From positions 2,208,001-2,272,000 of the forward strand of contig CAXXDV010000001.1 of NCBI GenBank assembly GCA_963674745.2: a stretch of 64,000 nt of DNA, given 5' to 3'. Below, piece after piece: positions 30,101-42,300 of this stretch. Within the stretch, counting starts at the first letter, position 1. Every line of letters starts with the position of its first letter. The translations under genes and the position numbers were made by a program. The notes below the pieces were generated by a model. That model worked only from the letters and a program-made list of their open reading frames with translations. It made no database searches and was not told the DNA's origin. This DNA is from Desulfosudaceae bacterium. Its GTDB lineage: Bacteria; Desulfobacterota; Desulfobacteria; Desulfobacterales; Desulfosudaceae.

Positions 30101-32064
30101 TTACAGCGTGGAAATGTCAACTTTGTTCTCGATCAGTTTGTCGATGACCGATTCATCCGCAATGGTCGATGTGTCCCCCAGCTCATCCAGCTTATCGGCC
30201 GCGATCTTTTTCAGGATGCGGCGCATGATTTTACCGCTGCGGGTTTTGGGCAGCCCTTCCGCCCACTGGATAACATCGATGGTGGCGATCGGCCCGATTT
30301 CTTTGCGGACCAGGGAGACCAGTTCTTTTTTAAGTTCATTCGACGGTTCGCACCCGGTTTTGAGAATGACAAAGGCGTAAATACCCTGGCCTTTGATTGA
30401 ATGGGGAAATCCCACCACGGCGGCTTCAGCTATGTGGTCATGCAACACCAGGGCGGACTCCAGTTCGGCCGTGCCCAGGCGATGGCCGGATACGTTGATG
30501 ACGTCGTCGATTCGGCCGATGATCCAGAAATAGTCGTCTGCATCTTTTTTGGCGGCATCACCGGTGAAATACATGCCCGGGCCTGGCTGAAATAGGTGGA
30601 AATAAACCGTTCATGGTCGCCGAAAACCGTTCGGGCCATGCCCGGCCAGGGCTTGCGGATGCAGAGAAAGCCTTCTTCATCCGGGTGTTTGACTTCATCG
30701 CCGGCGTCATCGAGAATGATCGGGTCGACCCCGAAAAACGGAAAGGCGCAGGATCCCGGCTTGATCGGCGCCACCCCGGGCAGGGGGGTCAGCATGTGGC
30801 CGCCGGTTTCGGTCTGCCACCAGGTGTCGATAATGGGGCACCAGTCCCGGCCGATATGGTGGTGATACCAGCGCCATGCTTCGGGGTTGATGGGTTCGCC
30901 CACCGTTCCCAGCAGCCGCAGGCTGGACAGGTCGTGTTTTTTGACATGGCTTTCGCCTTCCTTGGCCAGGGCCCGGATGGCGGTCGGCGCGGTATAAAAT
31001 TTATTGACCCTGTATTTTTCCACAATGGCCCAGAAACGGTCAAAATCCGGATAGCTGGGTACTCCTTCAAACATGACGCTGGTAAATCCGTTGACCAGCG
31101 GTCCGTAGACAATATAGCTGTGTCCGGTGATCCAGCCGATATCCGCCGTGCACCAGAAGACATCTTCGGGTGTGAGGTCAAAAACATATTCCTGGGTCAT
31201 GGCCGTGTAGACCAGGTAGCCACCGTGAGTGTGAACGACGCCTTTGGGCTTGCCCGTGCTGCCACTGGTATAAAGGATAAACAGGGGGTCTTCGGCGTCC
31301 ATGGGCTCAGGCGCCACGTAATCGGGCAGGCCGGGTGCCGAAACGATTTCATGCCACCAGCATTCCCGTTCCGGGTCAAGAGCGATTCCGGCGTCGGTCC
31401 GATTGACGACGATGACTGATTTGACGTCGGGGCATTTTTTCAGGGCCGCGTCCACGTTGTTTTTCAGCGGCACCGGTTTTCCGGAGCGATAACCACCGTC
31501 GGCCGTGATAACCACTTTGGCACCGCAATCGCCAATGCGGTTGGCAATGGCTTCGGCGCTGAAACCGCCGAACACGACGCCGTGAATGGCCCCGATGCGG
31601 GCGCAGGCCAGCATGGCCACCGGCAGTTCGATGATCATGGGCAGGTAGATGATGACCCGGTCGCCTTTCTGAACGCCCTTTTCCTTCAGGGCCGCGGCAA
31701 AAGCGTTGACCTGCCGGTAAAGATCACCATAGGTGTAGGCTTTCGTCTCTTCGGGATTGTCGCCTTCCCAGTAATAGGCGATTTTTTCCGCAATTTTGTC
31801 CAGGTGACGATCCAGGCAGTTAAACGAGGCGTTGATTTTGCCGCCGCCGAACCATTCAATCTGCGCCTCGTTAAAATCATAACGCAGGACGGAATCCCAT
31901 TTTTTTTCCCAGGTCAGGTAGTGTTCGGCCTGTCGGGTCCAGAAAGTTTCCGGGCTGTCTATGGATTCCCGGTACATTTCCCGGTAGGCGTCTATTCCCT
32001 TGACATGGGCTGTTTTCTGAAAGTCTGCCAGATGGGTGTCATAGGTTTTTTGAAATTCGGTCAC
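30101..32064 (-). CDS. acs: Acetyl-CoA synthetase, split by a 1-base deletion near 30580
   Basis: [21 protein letters not shown], then [13 protein letters not shown] in the next frame. Confidence 0.92.
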
Positions 32065-32094
32065 GCTGGCCTCCTTAGGTTAGCAATTAATGAA

Positions 32095-33974
32095 TCAAAG
32101 TTTAATTTTCTGATTGTTCGTATCAAAAGAGCAGGTCAGGATCAGCATATCGTCATCCCGCCGCGTCTTTGTTTCGTAGGGCAGCGTCTTAAACAGTTTT
32201 TTCATGGCGGTGTTGGTCGGCTCGGTGTACGCCACCAGGCCACCGATACCGTTTGCTTTGGCCGCAATGGATAATTTTTTCAGAATGGTAGAGGCGATTT
32301 TTTCCCCTGCCACTGCTTGCTGACGGAAAAAGCCACTTCGGCAACATTGCCGACGGATTCCAGCATATAAGCACCGATGCCGACGACCTCGCCGAATCCA
32401 AAATCCCCGGTGATGGCCAGAATGGTGAGGTTTTTGATGTAGTCGATTTCCCACATCTCCTCGATATCATTTCTGAAAAAACAGGTTTTGTTCTGGAAAA
32501 ACCGGGCCAGAACATCCTTTTTGTCCAGGTTGTAGAAATGTTCCTGAATACGGCGGTCATCAATCGGTTTGGCCGGACGGAATTTGATGGTCCGGTCATC
32601 GATGGTTCGTGTCTCTTCCAGGCCGGCCGGGTAAACCCCGCGAAGGGCCTCCCCCAGTTTCTTCCCTGATGTCAACAGCCCCATTTTTTTGGCCTGTTCA
32701 AACAGTTCCTCCCGGAAATCGGGATGCGCCAGGGTAATCATGGCCGTAGCCCGTTCCTGCAAGTTTTTCCCGAACAGGTTGACCGCACCGAATTCGCTGA
32801 CCACATAAGTAGCGTCGCTCATGGGCACAACCACATTGCCGGTTAATCGTGGCAGGATACGGCTGCTTTTCTTGTCAACGGAAGTGCTGGGAATCAAGAG
32901 GATGGATTTCCCGCCGGCCGAGGCGGTTCCGCGAACAAAGTCAAGAACGCTGGAAACACCGGCAAAATAATTATGGGGCAGCGCATCCACGGCCGCCTGA
33001 CCGGTCAGGTCCATTTCCCGGACCATGTTAACGGCCACCATTTTGTTGTGACGGGCGATTACCGCCGGGTCATTGACGTAATCGGCCGGAAAAAATTCAA
33101 TGGACGGGTTGTCATGGATAAATTCGTACAGGTTTTGTGTCCCCACCGCGTTGCTGGCCACAATTTTTCCTTCATTAAGACCTTTATGTCGGTTGGTGAT
33201 GACACCCCGGGAAACCAGGTCCATGATACCGTCGATAACGAACTGGGTATGTACGCCCAGGTCGTTTTTTTCTGAAAGCGCCAGCAAAATGGCCTTGGGT
33301 GTGGCACCCAATCCCAGTTGGAAGGTGGAACCGTCTTCGATCAGGTTGGCGACCAGTTTCGCGATTTTGTGAGCGGATTCGAACTCGGGGATGTCGGCGA
33401 TGGTCAGCAGTGGCTCCTCTTTTTCCACAATAAAATCAACATCATTTACATGGATGAAACTGTGGCCCAAAACCCGCGGCATCTCGGGGTTGACCTGGGC
33501 GATAACAATATCCGCCGAACGGGCGGCTGAAAGCCCCACATCGACTGAGATACCCAGGCTCATCCAGCCGAAGTCGTCCGGCGGGGATGTCTGAATCAGG
33601 GCGGCGTGAAGGGGGAGCTGTTTTTTACTGAACAGGCCGGCAACGGCTGACATATTAATAGGTGTGATAAACGGTTTGTTCGGCTCCAGGTGTCTGACGT
33701 CACCGGCACCCTGATAAACGTTCCGGATGTGAAAATTGTTGAGCCGGTTTTGATTGGCCAGCCGGGTGATGGGGGAGTTCTCCAGTCCCATCAGCCGGAC
33801 AATTTCCAGGTCGGAAAAATGGTCGGCATTTTTTACCAGGGTATTTACCAGGTGTTGCGGTTCACCGCAGGAAGAACCGATAAAAATCCGGCGGCCGGAT
33901 TTGAGCATGGCAATGGCTTCTTCGGCGGTCTTTTTTTTCCGGACGTATTCGTCGGGCCAGTAACTGGTTTGCAT
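32095..33974 (-). CDS. Acetyl-CoA hydrolase/transferase + C-terminal GNAT fusion, frameshift near 32300
   Basis: SPPD..G..SLG, QLGLG, DLGVHT, DLTGQ, VVSEFG; C-terminal AEVAFSV..WQGK GNAT. Confidence 0.85.
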
Positions 33975-34180
33975 GCGGCTGGTACTGTATTGTATGATTA
34001 GGTTAATGCGGCAGGTATGCCATTGATCATCCTGCCAGACTTCCGGACAGGTGTTCCGAAATTTTGTTTTATCATAACATGTGAATAGCTCGGGGAACAA
34101 CCTTTTTGTCCGTGATGATTTTAGCTTGACAGACTGTTTTTTTTATCTTAAAAGATAACGTTAACGATAAAAGACTGACA

Positions 34181-34256
34181 GCGGGCATAGCTCAGTTGGT
34201 AGAGTACAAGCTTCCCAAGCTTGGTGTCGCGAGTTCGAGTCTCGTTGCCCGCTCCA
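34181..34256 (+). tRNA. tRNA-Gly (CCC)
   Basis: GCGGGCA acceptor stem, CAAGC-TTCCCAA-GCTTG anticodon arm, GTTCGAG T-loop, CCA end, 76 nt. Confidence 0.97.
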
Positions 34257-34342
34257 GGCATCGTATAACAAGCCTGTTGGCGGCGGCAGAGCAGTTTGAC
34301 TTAGGCGCTGGGTTTGATCGGAGACAGAAAGTTGTATCAGTG

Positions 34343-34366
34343 AAACGGGCAAAAGCCCGTTTTTTT
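34343..34366 (+). terminator. Hairpin + U-tract upstream of rimP
   Basis: AAACGGGC-AAAA-GCCCGTTT followed by T-run. Confidence 0.7.
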
Positions 34367-34397
34367 GTTTCATAAAAAGCGGCGTGGGGGGCAGTGA

Positions 34398-34937
34398 ATG
34401 GTGCCAACCGAGACACCGGCAGAGAAGAAGTCGCAGGCAGACGGTGGATTCCGGTTGTCAGAAAACAATCAGACGGTAAAAGAAACCATCTGGCGGTTGG
34501 CAGAACCGGTCTGTGAAGCCGAGGGCCTGGAGCTTGTATTTGTCGAGCTCCAGAGAGAAAGAAGCGGCCGTATCCTTCGTCTGTTTATTGACAAGGCAAC
34601 CGGCGTGACTCTGGACGATTGCGCCCGGATCAGCCGACAGGTAGACGCGCTTCTGGACGTTTATTGTGACGCCAGAAACGCCTATACACTGGAAGTCTCT
34701 TCGGCGGGTATCAACCGGCCTTTGGGGCGGCGGCATGATTATGAAAGGTTTAAAGGTAATGTTGTAAAGGTGAAGTTGCGAACGCCGATTGACGGCCGAA
34801 AGAATTTTAAGGGAACGTTGCTCGGCTTAGCCGATGATTTTGTCAGAATAAGAGTTGATAACAGGGAGTTCGCCATTCCATATAAAGGGATAGCGAAAGC
34901 ACAACTTGTTAATGACGATGGAGTCAAGGGATGGTAA
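34398..34937 (+). CDS. rimP: Ribosome maturation factor RimP
   Basis: LRLFID, LEVSSAGINRPL; precedes nusA. Confidence 0.93.
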   Translation: MVPTETPAEKKSQADGGFRLSENNQTVKETIWRLAEPVCEAEGLELVFVELQRERSGRILRLFIDKATGVTLDDCARISRQVDALLDVYCDARNAYTLEVSSAGINRPLGRRHDYERFKGNVVKVKLRTPIDGRKNFKGTLLGLADDFVRIRVDNREFAIPYKGIAKAQLVNDDGVKGW

Positions 34938-36332
34938 TTCAGGATATTAAACGTGTTGTCGATCAGGTCAGTCGGGACAAAGGGATTGATCGCGACGTAC
35001 TTATCAAGGCGCTGGAAGAAGCATTGAAATCGGCTGCCCGCAAAAAGTTCGGAGCGGTGACCGACATAGAGACAATATATGATGAGAACACGGGTGAAAT
35101 AGAAGTCTTCCAGTTTAAAGAGGTGGTTGAAACGGTGACCGACCCGAGTCTCCAGATCAGCATCGAGGAAGGTCGGCAACTGGACCCGGAATGCGAAATC
35201 GGAGACAGCCTGGGCGTCAAAATGGATACCAGCAGTTTTGGAAGAATCGCCGCTCAATCTGCCAAACAGGTGATTATTCAGAAAATTAATGATGCTGAAA
35301 GAAATGTGGTCTATAAAAATTTTATTGACAAGGAAGGCGATATTATCAACGGCATCGTGCAGCGTATTGATCGGGGTAACGTTATTGTCAATATCGGTGA
35401 AGCCGAAGCCATCCTGCTTTCCAGGGAACAGATTCCCGGAGAGCATTTCCGCAGGGGTGACCGGTTGCGTGCCAATATTATGAAGGTTCATCAGGAGGCA
35501 CCGGGGCCTCAGATCATTTTGTCAAGGGCGCATCCGGATTTTGTGGTCAACCTTTTTAAGACTGAAGTGCCTGAAATCAGTGAAGGTATTATTACCATTA
35601 AAGCGGTCGTCAGAGAAGCCGGTGCCAGGACAAAGATCGCGGTCGTCTCCAATGATGTCGATATTGATCCGGTCGGGGCCTGTGTGGGTGTCAGGGGCAG
35701 TCGTATACAAAATGTCGTAAAAGAGCTGCGCGGGGAAAAAATAGACATTGTCTCCTGGAATATTGACCCGGCAAAATTCGTCTGCAATGCCCTTTCTCCG
35801 GCCCAGATTTCACGTGTGATTATTGATGAAGACAATAAAAGCATGGAGGTTATCGTCTCTGACGATACCCATTCTCAGGCCATTGGCCGACGGGGTCAGA
35901 ACGTCAAGCTGGCCTCAAAGTTGACCGGCTGGCACCTTGATGTGGTCGGTGAGTCTATATATAATAAAACAATGGAAAAAGGTTATGGTTCACTTTTGAA
36001 AATATCCGGAGTGGACGAGCACCTGGCCACGGCGATGTGTGAGATGGGCTTTTTTTTCAGCCGAGGAAGTCTGTAATGCCGATATCGACGACCTGATCGA
36101 AGTTGAAGGTATTGATGAGGAGACCGCGACGGTATTGATAAAAGATGCGGCCCAGGTGATTGAAGAGGCGAGACCCGACGAAGAAGAATCGTCCGAAACC
36201 GGCGGTGATGAGGAGTCGGACACGACGGAAGAAAAATCCGAGGCCGAATCCGGGGATGATGAGGTGTCGGACACGACGGAAGAAAAATCCGAGGCCGAAT
36301 CCGGGGATGACGAGCAGGAAATAAAGGAATAA
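34931..36332 (+). CDS. nusA: Transcription factor NusA, C-terminal part frameshifted at T-run 36050-36057
   Basis: FGRIAAQSAKQ, EVPEI, DPVGACVG..GSR, AIGRRGQNV. Confidence 0.95.
36207..36308 (+). repeat. 2 x 51-bp in-frame tandem duplication in nusA acidic tail
   Basis: gatgagg(a/t)gtcggacacgacgg...ggggat repeated with 1 mismatch. Confidence 0.9.
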
Positions 36333-36413
36333 TAACTTGCGGCGTTTTTTGTACAGTGAATGTGTTGCCACCAAGACAGTTGGCCGGTATAGAAAGTAAG
36401 AACAGGAGGCCGA

Positions 36414-39115
36414 ATGGCAAAAACCAGGATATATGAACTTGCCAGAGCTCTTAATATGACGAATCAAGCGCTTTTGGAGAAGCTTGTCGAAATGGGCATT
36501 GAAGTGAAGAGCCATATGAGCTCCTTGGACGAGGACATGGTTGAAAAGGTCAAGCAGGAGCTCTTTGCCGGCGGCGGTGGCCAGACCGCTGTGGTGGAAA
36601 AAAAGCGCGTAGGGTCAAACGTTATTCGAAAGCGGAAACAAAAAGCCGCTCCAAAAATAGAAGTGGTTTCTGAAACGCCGGAAAAGGCTGAAGAACCGGA
36701 AGTGCCGGAGGCCGAAGAAGCGGCCGCGCCTGAGAAAGAAGAAAAAGCGGCCATAGAACCGGAGGCGGTCGTCGAGGAAGAGGCGGCCAAAGCCGAAGAA
36801 ACGGTCGACGAAGTGGTTGAGGAGGAAGTGGAAGCTGACGCTGAAGCGCCGACCAGGGAGGCCGAAACGGTTGAAGAACCGGCGGCTGTCGAGGCTTCCA
36901 AGCCGGCGGCCGAGGAAGAAGCGGAAAAACCGGCGCCTCCACCCAAAAAGAAGACCAAAGCCAAGAAACACCAGGCGGCCAAAATAATTAAGTTTGCGGA
37001 TGAGACCACACAGGCGCTGATAAGAGGCAAAACATCGCCGCCACCCGCCAGGGTAAAGGTGCGGCTGAAGAAAAGCCGGCCGAAGATGCTGCTGCGCCCG
37101 CAGTGCCCGGCATGATCGATAGCGGTGAAGCCGATCGTAAAACCGGCAAAAAGACCAGAAAAAAACACAAGCGGGTAGGGACAGAAGAGACCGAAGAGGT
37201 TCTGGGCAAGAAGAAAGCCGTCTCAAAACGCAAGGAAATTGTTGAAGGCGCGGCCTTATATGATATAAAACCCCGCGGCCGACTGCGCAAAAAAGGCAAA
37301 GGGAAAGTCCGGCCGGCAGGTAGCGCTAAGACGCAGATAACAACGCCCAAAGCCATTAAGCGAAGGTTGAAGATAGATGAATCGATAACGGTTTCAGATC
37401 TGGCCAAACGGATGGGTATTAAAGCCAGCGAGATCATCGGGATACTGATGGGTATGGGCGTAATGGCGACGGTGAATCAATCCATTGATTTTGACACGGC
37501 CGTTCTGGTTGCGGCTGAATTCGAATATGAAGTTGAGAAAGCAACCATAGGTGAGGATGAGATTTTGTTGCAGGCCAATGTAGAAGATGAACCGCATAAG
37601 CTGGTGTCGAGAGCCCCGGTGGTGACCATAATGGGCCATGTCGATCATGGCAAGACGTCTCTGCTGGATGTGATCCGGCAGTCGCGCATAACAGAGAGTG
37701 AAGCCGGGGGGATTACCCAGCATATCGGTGCCTATAAGGTGAAGACGAACAAGGGTGAGGTGGTCTTTCTGGATACACCGGGACATGAGGCATTTACCGC
37801 CATGCGGTCGAGAGGCGCCCAGGCTACTGATATCGTCGTGCTGGTGGTCGCAGCGGACGACGGTGTCATGCCGCAGACCATCGAAGCGATAAACCATTCA
37901 CGGGCGGCGGAAGTGCCGATTGTGGTTGCTGTTAATAAGATTGATAAAGATGGTGCAGACAGCGACAGGGTCAAGCGTGAGCTGGCCGAACAGTCTCTAA
38001 TCCCCGAGGATTGGGGCGGTGATACAATTTTTGTGGAAGTCTCCGCCAAACAGAAAATCGGGATTGACAATCTTCTTGACATGATTTTGCTTCAGTCGGA
38101 AATGCTTGAATTGAAAGCGAATCCGGACAAGCATGCCAGAGGCCTTGTGCTTGAATCGGAGATGGATCCGGGCCAGGGGCCGCTGGCGACCGTCCTGGTA
38201 CGGGAAGGAACCCTTTCTGTGGGGCAGACCATCGTGTGTGGTGTTCATCACGGGAAAATACGCGCCATGGTCGATGATGCCGGCGAACGAATTGATCATG
38301 CCGGGCCTTCAACACCGGTTGAAATTTTCGGTTTAAGCGGCGTGGCTGACGCCGGTGATGAGTTCCTTGTGCTTGAAGATGAAAAGAGCGCCAGGCTTCT
38401 CAGTGAGGAAAGAAGCCGGAAACAGCGCACTAAAGATTTGAGCCGGCAGAACCCGGTCAGTCTGGACAACTTTTTCGAGCAGATGCAGGCTGGTGATATT
38501 AATCATTTGAATCTGATTATCAAAGCAGATGTTAACGGATCGTGTGAGGCTATCGAAGACGCTCTGATGAAAATTCTTACCGACGAGGTGCAGGTCAACG
38601 TGATTCACTCCGCGGTCGGTGCCATTATTGAGTCCGACGTCCTGCTGGCCTCTGCTTCGAACGCGATCATTCTGGGCTTTAATGTCCGCCCGACGGGTAA
38701 AGTGAAGAACGCGGCTGTCGAGGAAAGCGTGGATATTCGTTATTATAACGTGATTTACGATTTAATCGAAGACATTAAAGAGGCTGTCACCGGACTGATG
38801 GCGTCTACCTATGAAGAGCACACGCTGGGTCGGGCTGAGGTCCGGGAGCTGTTTGTGATTCCCAAAAAAGGAACCGTGGCGGGCTCTATCGTTCTTGACG
38901 GAAAGATTGAGAGGGGACGTCAGGCTCGGATTGTCCGGGACGGGGTAGTGATATATGAAGGCACTGTGGGCTCTCTGCGTCATTTCAAAGACGACGTCAA
39001 AGAAGTCAGGAGCGGTCTGGAATGCGGTATTGGTGTTGAACAGTATAATGATATCAAGGTGAAAGATGTCATTGAATGTTATTATAACGAAGAGATCAAA
39101 CCAGTTATCGAATAG
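36414..39115 (+). CDS. infB: Translation initiation factor IF-2, frameshifted in the linker (~37005-37100)
   Basis: [11 protein letters not shown]-domain; [30 protein letters not shown]. Confidence 0.95.
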
Positions 39116-39118
39116 GAT

Positions 39119-39406
39119 ATGATAGTCGGAACGGGTGAGATTATTGTTCGAATTGAAGGCTGCCGATCGTTAAAGGAAAAAAGAAAGGTTGTGAAATCCA
39201 TGATTACCAGGCTGGGTAACACCTTTAATATTTCCGTGGCCGAGGTTGGCGCCAATGATGTTCATCAGCGCGCTGAAATTGGATTTGCGTTGATCGGTAA
39301 TGATTGCGGGGTCGTTAATTCGAAGATTGATAAAGTTTTTAATATGGCAGAAAACATGGCGGTAGCGGAAGTTTTGGAAACAAGGATGGAAATTCTGACA
39401 ATATGA
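39119..39406 (+). CDS. DUF503 (YlxP) family protein
   Basis: SLKEKR..FNISVAEV; between infB and rbfA. Confidence 0.85.
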   Translation: MIVGTGEIIVRIEGCRSLKEKRKVVKSMITRLGNTFNISVAEVGANDVHQRAEIGFALIGNDCGVVNSKIDKVFNMAENMAVAEVLETRMEILTI

Positions 39407-39768
39407 AAACCTATCCAAGATCGAACCGGATCGGTAAAAAGATTCAGCGGGGGGTTTCCGAATACCTTCAGAATAACCTCCGGGATCCGAGGCTGCAGAT
39501 GGTGACGATTACAGGCGTCGTCATGTCTCCGGATCTAAGCGTGGCCAGAGTTTACTATAGTGTAAACGGGGGGGCAAGAGAACGGAAAGATGCCCGGGCG
39601 GGATTCAAAAGCGCTTCGGGTTTTATCAGACGTTCACTGGCCGCGTCTTTAGAGATGAAATACACACCGACGCTTAAGTTCGCTTATGACGAGTCTCTGG
39701 ACTACGGTACGACTATGGATCGGTTGCTGGAAGAAATAAAAACCGAAAATGTATCAAGAGATAAGTAA
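39403..39768 (+). CDS. rbfA: Ribosome-binding factor A
   Basis: RDPRL, SPDLSVARVY, TPTLKFAYD. Confidence 0.93.
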   Translation: MKTYPRSNRIGKKIQRGVSEYLQNNLRDPRLQMVTITGVVMSPDLSVARVYYSVNGGARERKDARAGFKSASGFIRRSLAASLEMKYTPTLKFAYDESLDYGTTMDRLLEEIKTENVSRDK

Positions 39769-40726
39769 TCACCTTAAACAAAGTAAACATCTTTTAATCG
39801 CTTCTCATATTCACCCGGATGGTGACGCCATCGGATCGGTATTGGCGCTGGGAAACGCGCTGATATCCCTGGGTAAGCAGGTCACGCTGTATAATGAGCA
39901 TCCGGTTCCGCCGGTTTATCGTTTTTTACCCGGTAGTGAGAAAATGGTTTCCGCGATTGATTCCCTCAGTGCTTATGATACGGCCGTCGTTCTGGATTGC
40001 AGCAAGCTGGAGCGGATCGGTACGCTGTCTGAAAAAATCGGTGATATGCCGGTTATCAATATCGACCACCACCTTTCCAACGACAATTTCGGCATGTTCC
40101 AGATAGTAGAGCATGGGGCCAGCTCCACCGTGGAGATCGTTTACCGGCTGATAAAAAGGATGATGGGCATAAAGATCACGCCGGAAGTCGCCTATCCCAT
40201 TTATACCGGCGTCGTCACGGATACGGCTTCTTTCAGTTTCAGCAATTCAACGCCGAACGCTTTTGCGATATGCGGTGAGATGGTCAGTGTGGGTGTTGAT
40301 CCGGTGGAGGTGGCCAGAAGGATTTATATCACCTATTCAGCGGAACGGATCAAATTCATGCGCATGGTACTGGACACGTTCGCCCTTTCAGAAAATAAAA
40401 AAGTGTCTTTTTTGATGGCCACTCAGGAAATGATCCGAAACAGCGGCATGCATCCGGATAATGTCGGCCGGTTCGTCAATTATGCCAAACATATCGAAGG
40501 CGTCAAGATATCGGCGCTGGCTCTGGAAATGGAGCATCACCTTGTGAACCTGCCCGACAATCATACTGAGTTTCATGTCAGCCTCCGTTCGGACGGCAGC
40601 ATAGATGTTGCGGAGATCGCGATTTCTTTTGGTGGTGGTGGCCATCATCGGGCTGCCGGATTTAATCTTGTGACGACTTATGAAGGCATCCGGGAAACCA
40701 TCCTGGGCCTGGCGGATCTGATTTGA
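39749..40726 (+). CDS. DHH/DHHA1 phosphoesterase (NrnA-like)
   Basis: HPDGDAIGS, IDHH, TDT, SLRS, GGGGH. Confidence 0.9.
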   Translation: MYQEISNHLKQSKHLLIASHIHPDGDAIGSVLALGNALISLGKQVTLYNEHPVPPVYRFLPGSEKMVSAIDSLSAYDTAVVLDCSKLERIGTLSEKIGDMPVINIDHHLSNDNFGMFQIVEHGASSTVEIVYRLIKRMMGIKITPEVAYPIYTGVVTDTASFSFSNSTPNAFAICGEMVSVGVDPVEVARRIYITYSAERIKFMRMVLDTFALSENKKVSFLMATQEMIRNSGMHPDNVGRFVNYAKHIEGVKISALALEMEHHLVNLPDNHTEFHVSLRSDGSIDVAEIAISFGGGGHHRAAGFNLVTTYEGIRETILGLADLI

Positions 40727-40752
40727 CGGCAAAGGGCCGCGGCAGGAATACC

Positions 40753-41652
40753 ATGGACGGAATTATCGTTGTCGACAAACCGCCGGATATGACGTCCGCG
40801 AAGCTGGTCTCCCGGGTAAAACGGCTTTTAAAAGCGAATAAAGTCGGTCATGCCGGTACACTGGACCCGTTTGCCACGGGCGTGATGATCTGCTTGATAA
40901 ACCGTGGCACCCGTCTGGCGGAATTTTTTCTGCATGGTGAAAAAGCCTACGATGCCACGCTTTGCCTGGGAGTGGAAACGGACACCCAGGACTTTACCGG
41001 GACGGTATTGCAGGCCCGGGACGTCCGTCCGGAGGATTATTCGAAAACCGATATTATATCGGTTTTTCGTGCTTTTGAAGGCGACAGTCAGCAGGTTCCG
41101 CCCTGCTTTTCGGCCCTCAAGCACGAGGGCAAACCTTTGTATCAATATGCCAGGAAGGGAATCCGGGTGGAAAAACCACCCCGGTCGATACATCTTTCCG
41201 CTCTTGAGCCAAAGGAGATTGATCTGCCCTTTGTCCGTTTTTCCGTTCGTTGCTCCGGCGGAACATATATCCGGACATTGTGCCACGATATCGGCCGGCG
41301 ATTGGGCTGCGGCGGCCATCTGACTGCCCTGCGCCGGATTGAAGCCGGAGGCTTTTCGGTGAGTGATGTCATGACCCTGGACGAAGTTGAAAAACAGGTT
41401 GCGAACGGGCAAGCGTCCGATCTGCTGGTCAGCTTGAGCGATGCCCTGTGGCATATGCCCGCCTATGTCGCGGATGACAACCTGGCCGCGTTCGTTGCTC
41501 ACGGCCGGCAATTGACCGACGACGCGTTTCCTGACGGGGTAACCGCTGATCCCCGGGGGGCTTTTAAGCTGGTCGATAAAGAGGGGCGTCTTCTGGCTGT
41601 TATTCGCAGGCAGGAAGGTGCTTTCCGGTATGGCTGCGTATTTTCAGGATAA
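40753..41652 (+). CDS. truB: tRNA pseudouridine(55) synthase
   Basis: KVGHAGTLDPFATG, GTYIRTL. Confidence 0.95.
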   Translation: MDGIIVVDKPPDMTSAKLVSRVKRLLKANKVGHAGTLDPFATGVMICLINRGTRLAEFFLHGEKAYDATLCLGVETDTQDFTGTVLQARDVRPEDYSKTDIISVFRAFEGDSQQVPPCFSALKHEGKPLYQYARKGIRVEKPPRSIHLSALEPKEIDLPFVRFSVRCSGGTYIRTLCHDIGRRLGCGGHLTALRRIEAGGFSVSDVMTLDEVEKQVANGQASDLLVSLSDALWHMPAYVADDNLAAFVAHGRQLTDDAFPDGVTADPRGAFKLVDKEGRLLAVIRRQEGAFRYGCVFSG

Positions 41653-41786
41653 CCGGATTTTTTGTTCAGGCTGGACAAGAATGTTCAGTCTTGATGTAAT
41701 TGAAGATTATATATTGACTTTTAAATGAAAAAGATTTGTAATATACTTTTTTTAATGAACTAAATAATATGGAAGGAGTCTGTTGG

Positions 41787-42059
41787 ATGAGCAGTTTTAC
41801 GACGGAACAGAAAAAAGCGTTAATCGAAAAATTCAGAAAGCATGATTCAGATACCGGGTCTCCGGAAGTCCAGGTGGCATTATTAACCCACAGGATTACT
41901 TATTTGACCGAGCATGTAAAGGTACATAAAAAAGATCATCATTCCCGGAGAGGGCTGCTGATGCTGGTCGGTCAGCGCAGGAAACTGTTGAATTATGTAA
42001 AGAATAAAGATGTCAATCGATATCGGACGATTATCAAGGACCTTGGACTGAGAAGGTAG
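41787..42059 (+). CDS. rpsO: 30S ribosomal protein S15
   Basis: [32 protein letters not shown] before ATG 41787. Confidence 0.97.
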   Translation: MSSFTTEQKKALIEKFRKHDSDTGSPEVQVALLTHRITYLTEHVKVHKKDHHSRRGLLMLVGQRRKLLNYVKNKDVNRYRTIIKDLGLRR

Positions 42060-42245
42060 GCAACGGGCGTTTTGGTCCGATTTCTCAGGTTCTACGCCCG
42101 CATCAGGCACAAAATTGAATTACAGTGATATTCAATTAATTCGGTTGGTTGAGCTTCTTTCCGGTTTCCGGTGCGAACAAGACTGCTCGTTACGGGATAA
42201 CAATTCAGGGCATCCCTTTTTTATTGAAGGGTGCCAACACTCATT

Positions 42246-42287
42246 GCGGCTTACTGCGTTTTGCGTTTGTTGTAAGCCGCTTTTTTT
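42246..42287 (+). terminator. Stem-loop + T7 directly upstream of the pnp RBS
   Basis: GCGGCTTAC...GTAAGCCGC-TTTTTTT. Confidence 0.5.
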
Positions 42288-42300
42288 ATTAGGAGAATAA

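Noticed and set aside
34181..34256. tRNA-Gly as an integration site of an island
   Set aside because: I saw no integrase or duplicated tRNA 3' end; it is followed by the normal rimP-nusA operon.
23555..36057. Programmed frameshifting or phase variation
   Set aside because: The runs are short, the genes are housekeeping, and I saw no stimulatory signals; sequencing error is simpler.
36464..37226. Long antisense ORFs (Ser/Ala- or Phe/Arg-rich) opposite infB, and similar shadow ORFs elsewhere
   Set aside because: They mirror low-complexity or GC-rich coding strands and have no recognisable motifs.
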